From contig CBDCFW010000006.1 in the NCBI GenBank assembly GCA_965216465.1, forward strand, positions 160,001 through 224,000: DNA of 64,000 bases, written 5' to 3'. How positions within the stretch are numbered: position 1 is the first letter of the stretch; each line of letters opens with the position of its first letter. The notes under the pieces were generated by a model. The model had not been told where the DNA came from. It made no database searches and saw only the letters and a list, made by a program, of their open reading frames with translations. This document shows positions 50,661-59,112 of the stretch, in pieces. Position numbers and translations under genes: made by a program. This DNA is from Bacteroidia bacterium. Lineage in GTDB: Bacteria; Bacteroidota; Bacteroidia; NS11-12g; UBA9320.

Positions 50661-51622
50661 AAAAAATCACAACAAAAATGCTTTTTGCGCTCGCATTAAG
50701 CCTAATTCTGGGAGCTCCTACTCAAGCTCAAACCAATATAAAATTAAAAGTGAATCACTTACTGGGATCCGAAGACTTTGGCTTCCAAAAAATAGCAAAA
50801 AATGATATAGGCAATGAATTCGTAGCCCTACGACTTGAATATTACATTTCTGGCATCACTTTGATTCATGATGGAGGACAAGAAACAACCTTGAACACTT
50901 ATATACTTCAAGATGCAGCCGATGACGACACTGTATCAATAGGTTCAGCAAATATTTCTTCTTTAGAATCTCTTAGCTTTTTCATCGGAGTTGATAAAAC
51001 AAACAATCATGCAGACCCATCAAAGTGGCCATCAAGCCATGCTTTGGCTCCAAAATCTCCATCAATGCACTGGGGTTGGGCTTCGGGCTACCGTTTTGTT
51101 GCTCTTGAAGGTGCTACAGGTGCCAACATGAACAACAAATTTGCAATTCACGCTTTAGGTGATAAAAACTATTTCGAAATGAACATTCCTACCACAGGTG
51201 AAATGATAAATAACAATTTAGTCATTGTATTGAATGCAGATTACACCAAATTGCTTTCTCAAATTAATTTGTCAACTGGCGTATTTAATCATGGAGAAGA
51301 TGATGAAGCGGCTGAATTACTTAGAAACTTCCAAACTAAGGTATTTACAAATATGTCAGGAGAAGGAAACACACTAAGTGTTGAACCTGTCAAAATCACT
51401 AATGCTTTTAGCATCAATCCAAATCCTAGCCATGGAAACTTCAATATTCAAGTTTTAGATTCTCGCTTGCTTAACGCAGAAGTTGAAATCAGAGATCTAA
51501 CTGGCAGAATAGTTTCTGAAAACACCTATTTAAACAATCTTCCTACACTTTCTGCAGGGGTGTATCTTGTAGCTGTTAAGAGTGAAAATATTATTAGCAC
51601 CCAAAAATTAATTGTGAACTAA
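50657..51622 (+). CDS. MbnP-like protein with type A T9SS C-terminal sorting domain
   Basis: Signal peptide; L.YYIS, F.IGVD...NH.DP, MHWGWASGYRF..LEG; CTD NPNPS...DLTGR...GVY...KLIVN. Confidence 0.85.
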   Translation: MKKITTKMLFALALSLILGAPTQAQTNIKLKVNHLLGSEDFGFQKIAKNDIGNEFVALRLEYYISGITLIHDGGQETTLNTYILQDAADDDTVSIGSANISSLESLSFFIGVDKTNNHADPSKWPSSHALAPKSPSMHWGWASGYRFVALEGATGANMNNKFAIHALGDKNYFEMNIPTTGEMINNNLVIVLNADYTKLLSQINLSTGVFNHGEDDEAAELLRNFQTKVFTNMSGEGNTLSVEPVKITNAFSINPNPSHGNFNIQVLDSRLLNAEVEIRDLTGRIVSENTYLNNLPTLSAGVYLVAVKSENIISTQKLIVN

Positions 51623-51623
51623 T

Positions 51624-52709
51624 ATGAAAGTAAGAATATTATCAATTATCCTAGCACTTATTGCTATCGGAATTTGGAGTTGCAAAGACGACGAACCTGC
51701 TGAAGCTATCGTTCACGATACAACCCCATACGAGTTAGATTATGGAAGCTTTCTTCCACCATCCATTGCTGAAGACAACCCACTAACGATACAAGGGGTT
51801 AAACTAGGTCGAATGCTATTTCACGAGAAGATGTTATCGAAAGATGAGTCGCAATCCTGTGCAACATGTCACATTCAAGAATTTGCGTTTAGTGACACTG
51901 CAACGCTGTCTATTGGAGTTCAAGGTCTTCCTGGTAAGCGACAGGCTATGGCTGTCTTTAATATGGCATGGAATATCAATGAATTCTTTTGGGATGGCAG
52001 AGCTCACCTTCTGCGTGACCAATCATTACTCCCCATACAAGACGAACTTGAGATGGATGAAACATTAGATGGGGTAATCGCAAAACTGAATGGTAGCCAG
52101 ATGTATAAAGACCAATTTATGCGTGCTTTTGGAAGTGAGGAAATTACTTCAGAGAAAATGTCACTTGCCATGGAGCAGTTTATGAATTCTATCGTATCAA
52201 CTAATTCAAGGTACGACGAGTTCTTAGAAGATTCTGCGGTCTTTACTGCAAGCGAGAAGAGAGGTCATGATTTATTTTTCCAAGAATACAATGAATTTTT
52301 TCCTGATGAAAGTGGTGCAGATTGTGCTCATTGTCATTCTGGTTTAAATTTTGAGAACGACGAATACATGAATAATGGTCTAGATGCAGGAGCTGATCAA
52401 ACTGATATTGGCAGAGAAAGCGTAACTTCCAATGCTCTCGATAAGGCTAAGTTTAAAGTTACCTCACTTAGAAATATTGAAGTAACAGCACCTTATATGC
52501 ACGATGGTCGATTTAAAACTTTAGAAGAAGTTGTAGAACACTACAATTCTGGTCTTAAAGGTTCTGCATCATTAGATCCAGCACTTGAAGCAACACGGGC
52601 AACTGGACTCATGCTAACTGAGCAAGACAAGGCCGATTTAGTGGCGTTTCTTAAAACTTTGACAGACCAATCATTGTTAAATAATAATAATTACACTGAT
52701 CCGTTTTAA
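51624..52709 (+). CDS. Di-heme cytochrome c peroxidase family lipoprotein (MbnH/MauG-like), paralog 2
   Basis: Lipobox IWSC; CATCH, FFWDGRA, CAHCH, TAPYMHDG. Confidence 0.92.
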   Translation: MKVRILSIILALIAIGIWSCKDDEPAEAIVHDTTPYELDYGSFLPPSIAEDNPLTIQGVKLGRMLFHEKMLSKDESQSCATCHIQEFAFSDTATLSIGVQGLPGKRQAMAVFNMAWNINEFFWDGRAHLLRDQSLLPIQDELEMDETLDGVIAKLNGSQMYKDQFMRAFGSEEITSEKMSLAMEQFMNSIVSTNSRYDEFLEDSAVFTASEKRGHDLFFQEYNEFFPDESGADCAHCHSGLNFENDEYMNNGLDAGADQTDIGRESVTSNALDKAKFKVTSLRNIEVTAPYMHDGRFKTLEEVVEHYNSGLKGSASLDPALEATRATGLMLTEQDKADLVAFLKTLTDQSLLNNNNYTDPF

Positions 52710-52714
52710 ATTTG
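52707..52714 (+). promoter_or_regulatory. -7 element heading metal sub-operon 2
   Basis: TAAATTTG overlapping the upstream stop codon, 7 nt before ATG 52722. Confidence 0.6.
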
Positions 52715-52721
52715 CAGTTCA

Positions 52722-53102
52722 ATGAGCAAGGTTTTATCCATATTGTTAAGCTTTTTATTCTTGATCACATCTACTGGTGTTCATCTTGATTTCGCTTATT
52801 GCGGAGATGAGCTGATGCATATTGAATTCTCGCACAGCGATGATATGCAAGAGTCTTGCTGTTTGGCAGATACGCAATATGACTGCTGTGAAACACAAGA
52901 GATTGTTCAAGACCCTCAATTGTTGGACTATATCCCGGTTTCTTCATTTGAGTTTGGATCTGTTCCTTTTGCTATTCTTGATTACCAAGACGTCAGTGTT
53001 AATGTCTTATCAGCTCAAGAGATTTCTCTTGATCATCTACCTAGACCACCTGACTTAGTTCAGGAACACTCCGCTCCTTTCTTGCAACGTTTTATTTGTT
53101 AG
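52722..53102 (+). CDS. Cys-rich leader ORF 2 (xYC...CC...CC...PP type)
   Basis: Signal anchor, FAYC, SCC, DCC, PRPPD, QRFIC-stop. Confidence 0.82.
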   Translation: MSKVLSILLSFLFLITSTGVHLDFAYCGDELMHIEFSHSDDMQESCCLADTQYDCCETQEIVQDPQLLDYIPVSSFEFGSVPFAILDYQDVSVNVLSAQEISLDHLPRPPDLVQEHSAPFLQRFIC

Positions 53103-53147
53103 TACCTGATTACTGCATTGGCTTTAATCATACATTAACAAATAAAA
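53090..53147 (+). promoter_or_regulatory. RNA hairpin linking the leader ORF 2 stop to the TonB-receptor initiation region
   Basis: Perfect 12-bp inverted repeat TTTTATTTGTTA / TAACAAATAAAA plus inner GTA..TGATTA / TAATCA.TAC. Confidence 0.72.
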
Positions 53148-53153
53148 AAACAC

Positions 53154-55406
53154 TTGAAAAAAATATTAATATTCATGGTTGTTACGCTCGTAAGCGTAGT
53201 AACCGTTGCACAAGACCAACATAAATATGTAAACGGTGTTGTGTTATCGATTGATGGAGATCAAAAAACTCCTATTCCAGGTGCGTTCGTACGCTGGATA
53301 GACAAGAAAGCAGGAGTATTTACCAACGACCAAGGTAAATTCTCAATTATGCACATGGGTGAAAGCCCTTCTTTAGTTGTATCGTATGTATCATTTAAAT
53401 CTGATACTATTGCGATTGATGACATTTCAAAACAATACACTGTTATCCTTCAGGATGAAACTGAAATTGGTCCAGCAATTGTGCTTGGAAGAAGAATTAG
53501 TTACGGACTTTCTCGGTTAAGCCCACGAACAACTGTTCTTTTAGGTGAAAGAGAATTTCAAAAGGCAGCATGTTGTAACCTTTCTGAAAGCTTTGAAAAT
53601 GCCCCTGCAATTGATGTAAGCTTTTCGGATGCTGTAACTGGTACTAAGCAGATTAAGATGCTTGGGTTAGATGGTTTTTATACCTTAATCGGAAGAGAAT
53701 ACATGCCCGCAGTTAGAACGTTAAACTCCTATTACGGCTTAAGTCTGATTCCTGCAGCGTGGGTTGAAGGTATTCAAATCACAAAAGGAGCAGGAAGTGT
53801 TGTAAACGGACATGAAAGCATGGCTGGACAAATCAATATTGAAATGAAAAAGCCATTCGGAAACACCAATTTCTTGCTCGACCAATTTGTTTCGCAGGGA
53901 GGAAGAGCCGAAACAGACTTTGTGTACCGAAAAGACCTAAATAAGCATTTAGCTACTTCAATTCTTGCTCGATACTCTTTTCAGCAAATTGAAAACGACA
54001 GAAACAACGATGGTTTCTTAGATATGCCAAAAGGAAATCAGTTTCAAATCATGAACAGATGGCAATTCGCAACTGACAACGGATTTGAAGGTATTGCAAC
54101 TGTTTCATACAATCAAGATGAGAAACTAGCCGGCCAGAAAGAGTTTTACCACGAAAACGACAGTTCATATGGCGTAGAACTCAACACTAAACAATTTGAT
54201 GCAATTGCTAAGATTGGTAAGACCTTTAAAAACAAACCACTTACAAGTCTAGGTAGCCAGTTTTCATTTAATAAAACCTTGTTTGATGGAAATTATGGTA
54301 GTCGATTTAATCCTAACGAGTATCGTGGAGAGTCCTCAACCTTTTACATGAACTTGTTGTATCAGTCGATCATCAAAAACAGCTTTCATCAGTTTCAAAC
54401 AGGTATATCGTTAACTTCAGATCAAATTGAAGAATCTTACCAAGATTTTCGTTTTTCAAGAACAGAAACAGTTCCAGGGGCATTTTTTGAATATACCTAC
54501 AAACCAAAAGAAACGTTTAGCTTGGTTGGAGGAATTCGGACCGATTACAACTTATTATATGGTTGGTCTGTAACACCTCGTATTCATTCAAAATACAGAT
54601 TTAACAAGGAGAAAACTGTGATTCGGGTATCAACAGGAATGGGACGAAGAACTTCAAATCCATTGGCTCAAAGTCAACAGATTTTCACCAGTAGCAGAAA
54701 CATCAATTTCTCTATATCTGATATAAATCTACCCTACGGACTTGAACAAGAAGTTTCGCTAAACTCTGGATTAAGCTTCGAACACGATTTCCATCTGACC
54801 TATATGCCCGCTACCATAGGCCTTGATTACTTCAATACTACATTCTTTAATGAAGTAGTGGTTGACCGTGAAGTGCCAGGCGAGGCCAGCTTCTACAACA
54901 TGAAGAATGGAACGCGTGCAAATAGTTTTCAAACTCAACTCGATTTAAAACCTGCACGAAGAACTGAAGTTCGACTAGCTTATAGAATGTTTGATGTTCA
55001 AACAAAATATAACAACCTGGGTTATCTAGCTAAACCTTTTATTTCAAAGCATCGTTCTTTCATTAATGTAACACAAAGAACGCGTTCTGGGTGGCAGTTT
55101 AGCAGCACAGGAACTTGGTACGGTCCTCAACGAATAGCTGGCAGCTATGAGCAAGCAGGAGACAATAAAATTGTTCAGAACGAATCTCCAAGCTTTGTTC
55201 TGGTAAATGCTCAAGTGAGTAAGACCATTAAAAAACAATTTGAAATCTATACCGGAGTTGAGAATATGTTAGACTACAGACAAGACGATCCTATACAGGA
55301 TGCTGTTGATCCATTTGGATCAAATTTCGATGCAGGGTTAGTCTGGGGACCTGTCTTTGGCCGAATGATTTATGGTGGCTTTAGATGGAGAATTCATGGA
55401 GAATAA
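53154..55406 (+). CDS. TonB-dependent receptor (putative metal transporter)
   Basis: Signal peptide, carboxypeptidase-regulatory-like N-domain, plug KAACCNLSESFE...I.KGAGSV.NG.ES..GQIN, C-terminal WGP.FGR..Y.G.R. Confidence 0.92.
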   Translation: MKKILIFMVVTLVSVVTVAQDQHKYVNGVVLSIDGDQKTPIPGAFVRWIDKKAGVFTNDQGKFSIMHMGESPSLVVSYVSFKSDTIAIDDISKQYTVILQDETEIGPAIVLGRRISYGLSRLSPRTTVLLGEREFQKAACCNLSESFENAPAIDVSFSDAVTGTKQIKMLGLDGFYTLIGREYMPAVRTLNSYYGLSLIPAAWVEGIQITKGAGSVVNGHESMAGQINIEMKKPFGNTNFLLDQFVSQGGRAETDFVYRKDLNKHLATSILARYSFQQIENDRNNDGFLDMPKGNQFQIMNRWQFATDNGFEGIATVSYNQDEKLAGQKEFYHENDSSYGVELNTKQFDAIAKIGKTFKNKPLTSLGSQFSFNKTLFDGNYGSRFNPNEYRGESSTFYMNLLYQSIIKNSFHQFQTGISLTSDQIEESYQDFRFSRTETVPGAFFEYTYKPKETFSLVGGIRTDYNLLYGWSVTPRIHSKYRFNKEKTVIRVSTGMGRRTSNPLAQSQQIFTSSRNINFSISDINLPYGLEQEVSLNSGLSFEHDFHLTYMPATIGLDYFNTTFFNEVVVDREVPGEASFYNMKNGTRANSFQTQLDLKPARRTEVRLAYRMFDVQTKYNNLGYLAKPFISKHRSFINVTQRTRSGWQFSSTGTWYGPQRIAGSYEQAGDNKIVQNESPSFVLVNAQVSKTIKKQFEIYTGVENMLDYRQDDPIQDAVDPFGSNFDAGLVWGPVFGRMIYGGFRWRIHGE

Positions 55407-55408
55407 AA

Positions 55409-56119
55409 ATGGAAAAGATTCAATTTAATATATCAGGAATTTCGTGCATGTCTTGTGTAAGCAAGCTTGAAAAAGCCTTTTATGGCAATGCCAACATTAA
55501 GCAAGTTGCGATTGACCAAGAATCTGGAAACACAAACTTACAATTTGAGGGTGAGCTAAATACTGATGAAATAGAATCGATAATAAAAAGTGCTGGCGAC
55601 TACGCATATCATGCAACAGAAGTTGAAGAGAAACGGTCTAGTAAATGGGTAACATACCGGCCGTTAATTTTAATCGTTGGCTACCTATTATTGGTTACGT
55701 TAACATTAGAATTTAGCTCGGGAATGTTCTTAATGGAAACCTGGATGGCAAACTTTATGGCAGGTTTCTTTATTGTTTTTTCGTTCTTTAAATTTTTAGA
55801 TTTAGGTGGATTTGCAAAAGCCTACAGAAGCTATGACATCATAGCTAAAAAAGTAAAATTTTATGGTTATGCATTTCCATTTGTTGAGTTAGCATTGGGT
55901 ATCTCATACCTTTTGTTTTCTGACTTAGCTATAACACATCTCATTACAGCAATTATTATGTTTGTAAGTCTCGTAGGTGTGGTTAATTCAGTGCTCAACA
56001 AATCTGAAATTCAGTGTGCTTGTTTAGGCACGGTCTTCAACTTGCCCATGAGTTATGTAACCATAATCGAAGACACCGTAATGCTTGTTATGGCACTATT
56101 TATGTACTTTAGAATATAG
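55409..56119 (+). CDS. HMA domain fused to a MauE/DoxX-like membrane domain
   Basis: GISCMSC; Y.PL..I, FM.GFF.VFSFFK, YD, CACLG, IIED. Confidence 0.87.
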   Translation: MEKIQFNISGISCMSCVSKLEKAFYGNANIKQVAIDQESGNTNLQFEGELNTDEIESIIKSAGDYAYHATEVEEKRSSKWVTYRPLILIVGYLLLVTLTLEFSSGMFLMETWMANFMAGFFIVFSFFKFLDLGGFAKAYRSYDIIAKKVKFYGYAFPFVELALGISYLLFSDLAITHLITAIIMFVSLVGVVNSVLNKSEIQCACLGTVFNLPMSYVTIIEDTVMLVMALFMYFRI

Positions 56120-56123
56120 ACAC

Positions 56124-56876
56124 GTGAAAAAAATATTAATAATAACAACAGTACTTGCATTCTTTGCATCATCGTGCGGGCCAGAAACTGTAGATCCTCC
56201 AGTTGAACCGCAGGAAGTTCAAGAAATGACGCTAAACTTCGCTCCAAAATTTGATGGAGGAAGTTTTGAGCTGCTTTCTAGCACTTACACTTTAGCCAGT
56301 GGCGAAGAGGTAGAATTCAAACGATTTGCGGCATTGTTTAGCAACTTTTATCTGATTAATGAAGATGGGTCGAAACTGATGCTTGACGACCAATACGCTT
56401 TTCTAAACCTTAATAAAAATCAGATGTCAGTAACACTGACTGAGATTCCAAAAGGAAATTATAAAGGTGTTGGATTTATGTACGGATTGGATTCAGCAAT
56501 CAATCATGGTCCGACTAACCAATATCCTATCGACCATCCATTAAACACATTCAACAATTCGTTGTATTGGGATTGGGCAGGCGGATACATATTCTCAGCC
56601 ATCGAAGGAGGAGTAGCAAATTCTAATGAAAAATTTGTGTTTCACTTGGCAGGAAGCATGAATACAATCAATTATGAGCTTCCTATGGTCTTTACTAAAG
56701 ACAATAAAGCACTTCAAGCAGAGATTGATTTGCATATGGATGAAATCTTCAAGAACCCTGAGGTTTATAGCCTTGAGAATGACGGAACGAGTGTGCACAA
56801 TGCCCTTGATGCCGTGACCACAAAGTTAATTGGCAACATGGGTGATATATTTAGTTTAATGAGTGTTTCAGAATGA
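56124..56876 (+). CDS. MbnP-like lipoprotein
   Basis: GTG start, lipobox ASSC; G.YKG..F..GLD...NH, LYWDWAGGYIF..IEG, FHL. Confidence 0.85.
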   Translation: MKKILIITTVLAFFASSCGPETVDPPVEPQEVQEMTLNFAPKFDGGSFELLSSTYTLASGEEVEFKRFAALFSNFYLINEDGSKLMLDDQYAFLNLNKNQMSVTLTEIPKGNYKGVGFMYGLDSAINHGPTNQYPIDHPLNTFNNSLYWDWAGGYIFSAIEGGVANSNEKFVFHLAGSMNTINYELPMVFTKDNKALQAEIDLHMDEIFKNPEVYSLENDGTSVHNALDAVTTKLIGNMGDIFSLMSVSE

Positions 56877-57982
56877 AGCTAGGAAAGTATTCCATATTAC
56901 TCTTAATAGTTCTGGGAATCTGGGCTTGTAAGGATGTTGTAAACGAACTTCCAGATACACCGTTCGAAACAACGCCCTATAGCATTGAAATTCCTGGAGG
57001 ACTATTTAAAGCAAGTTTTCCCCCTGATAATAGACCTACTGAGGAAGGTGTTTATCTCGGGAGGATGCTGTTCTACGATCCAATTTTGAGTGCTGATAGC
57101 ACCCAGAGCTGTGCGTCTTGTCACAATCAAGAATTTGCATTTACAGACAATGAGAAGCAGTTTAGCGAAGGAATTAGAGGACTCGAAGGCAAACGAAACT
57201 CAATGCCTATTTTTAATCTAATGTGGCATATGGATGGTTTCTTTTGGGATGGACGGGCTGAGTTGTTAAGACATCAATCTTTGCTTCCAATTCAAGATCC
57301 TTTGGAAATGGATGAAACTTTGGGCAACATGCTGGTTAAGCTTAACGCTTCCGATATGTACAAAGAGCACTTTAAGAAAGCTTTTAACATCGACGAAATT
57401 GATGAAGAACATGTGAGCATGGCCTTAGAGCAATTCATGATGATTATCATTAGCGGTGATTCTAAGTTTGATCGCGTAAACGCTGGTCTCGAAACATTAA
57501 CTGGTCAAGAAGAGGTAGGGAGAATTGTTTTTGGAGAAGAAGCTATTCCTCTAAAACTAGAGCCAGATCCAGATAATCCACAAAACTTTGGGGCTGATTG
57601 CTTCCATTGCCATGGCAACCCGTTGTTCATGCGCCGCGAGTTTGGAAATAATGGACTCGATTCTGTGCTTACAGACAAAGGTTTAGGAGATGTAACCGGC
57701 TTGGCTACCGACGATGGCAAATTCAAGACTCCTAGCTTAAGAAATATCGAAAAAACAGCTCCATATATGCATGATGGACGATTTAATACGTTAGAAGAAG
57801 TAGTGGAGTTTTATTTGAATGGAGCACACGCTAACTCTCCAAACATAGACCCCAACATGCATGCTCTTCAAGATTCCGTATATTTGAGCCCTGAACATAA
57901 AGCGGCTTTAATTGCGTTCTTAAAGACATTAACAGACGACAATTATTTAACAAACCCTGAATATTCAAACCCTTTTAAATAA
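56873..57982 (+). CDS. Di-heme cytochrome c peroxidase family lipoprotein (MbnH/MauG-like), paralog 3
   Basis: Lipobox IWAC; CASCH, FFWDGRA, CFHCH, TAPYMHDG. Confidence 0.92.
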   Translation: MKLGKYSILLLIVLGIWACKDVVNELPDTPFETTPYSIEIPGGLFKASFPPDNRPTEEGVYLGRMLFYDPILSADSTQSCASCHNQEFAFTDNEKQFSEGIRGLEGKRNSMPIFNLMWHMDGFFWDGRAELLRHQSLLPIQDPLEMDETLGNMLVKLNASDMYKEHFKKAFNIDEIDEEHVSMALEQFMMIIISGDSKFDRVNAGLETLTGQEEVGRIVFGEEAIPLKLEPDPDNPQNFGADCFHCHGNPLFMRREFGNNGLDSVLTDKGLGDVTGLATDDGKFKTPSLRNIEKTAPYMHDGRFNTLEEVVEFYLNGAHANSPNIDPNMHALQDSVYLSPEHKAALIAFLKTLTDDNYLTNPEYSNPFK

Positions 57983-57990
57983 AAGAAATT

Positions 57991-58347
57991 ATGAAAAAAA
58001 TACTTTTAGCACTATTAATGGTAAGTACAGTAGCTGTATTTGCTAAATCCGTGACCAAAAAAATAGAGGTTAAAGGAGAATGCGACATGTGCAAAGAAAA
58101 AATTGAAGCAGCTTTAGACATTCCTGGTGTATCATTTGCCGAATGGGATATTGAATCTAAAATGCTAACTGTTCGCTATAACGACAAAAAAGTAACTGAA
58201 GATCAAATTCATACTGTAATGTCGGAACTTGGTTATGCTACCAGTAAAATGGCGGCAAATAAAGAGGCACAAAACAAGTTAGATGACTGCTGTAAACCAC
58301 AAGAGAAAAAAGGCTGTTGTTCGAGTAAGAGCAGCTGTAAAAAATAA
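57991..58347 (+). CDS. Periplasmic HMA/CopZ-like metal chaperone with Cys-rich tail
   Basis: Signal peptide; GECDMCK..IE; L..CC...CC....C. Confidence 0.88.
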   Translation: MKKILLALLMVSTVAVFAKSVTKKIEVKGECDMCKEKIEAALDIPGVSFAEWDIESKMLTVRYNDKKVTEDQIHTVMSELGYATSKMAANKEAQNKLDDCCKPQEKKGCCSSKSSCKK

Positions 58348-58352
58348 ACTTT

Positions 58353-58380
58353 AAAGACCGGCTAAGCCGGTCTTTTTTTT
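58353..58380 (+). terminator. Intrinsic terminator ending the metal locus
   Basis: AAAGACCGGC-TAA-GCCGGTCTTT followed by a T-run. Confidence 0.92.
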
Positions 58381-58392
58381 GATTATCGAAAA

Positions 58393-59070
58393 ATGCGTTA
58401 CTCGACAATTTTATTATTATCCGTTTTTGCTATCACCTTTAGTGGTTTCACACATAAGGAGATTAAGCCAAAGGCTGTGGTATACACATCCGAGATGAAT
58501 GTAATCTACCACGACATGCCAAACCCATTAATTGTTCATCTTTATGGAGTCAGCTATGACGATATTTCTGTCTCTGCCAGCGGTGCAACTGTAGAAGCTT
58601 CCAAAAAGAAAAGAGGATACTACACCATTAGGCCAACAACCGGATCTAGAGAAGTAAGAGTATTGGTCGCTGGTAAAAATAGTAAAGGCAAAATGGTGGT
58701 CTTGAGCAAGCCTATGTTTAAGGCTAGGAGAATCCCAACCTTTCCTGCTAGAATTGGAGCTTTAGCAAATAACGGCAAACCAGTTTCTCACCAAGCCATT
58801 CATGCACAACGAAGAATGACAATTGATGTATCTGGATTCCCATATTATTTAGAAACAGAAATTGCTTCGTTTAAAGTTACCGTGTATGACCACAATGGGA
58901 AAACTGAATATTTTCATGATAAGAACAATTTCACTAAAGAATTCAGAAATCATTTAAAATTCTTAAGAACAGGCAACGCCGTTGCCGTTTCAGAAATTAA
59001 ATACACAATTAAGGGTAGTGATTCAAAAATGGTTTACAATGCACCTTCGGTCTATGTACCGATAAGATAA
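58393..59070 (+). CDS. GldM/PorM C-terminal-domain-like exported protein
   Basis: MNVIY....NP, SASGA, F.ARRIP motifs of the GldM periplasmic C-domains. Confidence 0.65.
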   Translation: MRYSTILLLSVFAITFSGFTHKEIKPKAVVYTSEMNVIYHDMPNPLIVHLYGVSYDDISVSASGATVEASKKKRGYYTIRPTTGSREVRVLVAGKNSKGKMVVLSKPMFKARRIPTFPARIGALANNGKPVSHQAIHAQRRMTIDVSGFPYYLETEIASFKVTVYDHNGKTEYFHDKNNFTKEFRNHLKFLRTGNAVAVSEIKYTIKGSDSKMVYNAPSVYVPIR

Positions 59071-59112
59071 TACTCGTTTGGAATATGACAATTCAAATTC
59101 GATATTTGAATC

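Noticed and set aside
48916-58380. Methanobactin or other RiPP biosynthetic cluster
   Set aside because: No MbnA-like precursor and no MbnB/MbnC (DUF692) or exporter; the Cys-rich ORFs have signal anchors and fit leader or chaperone roles better
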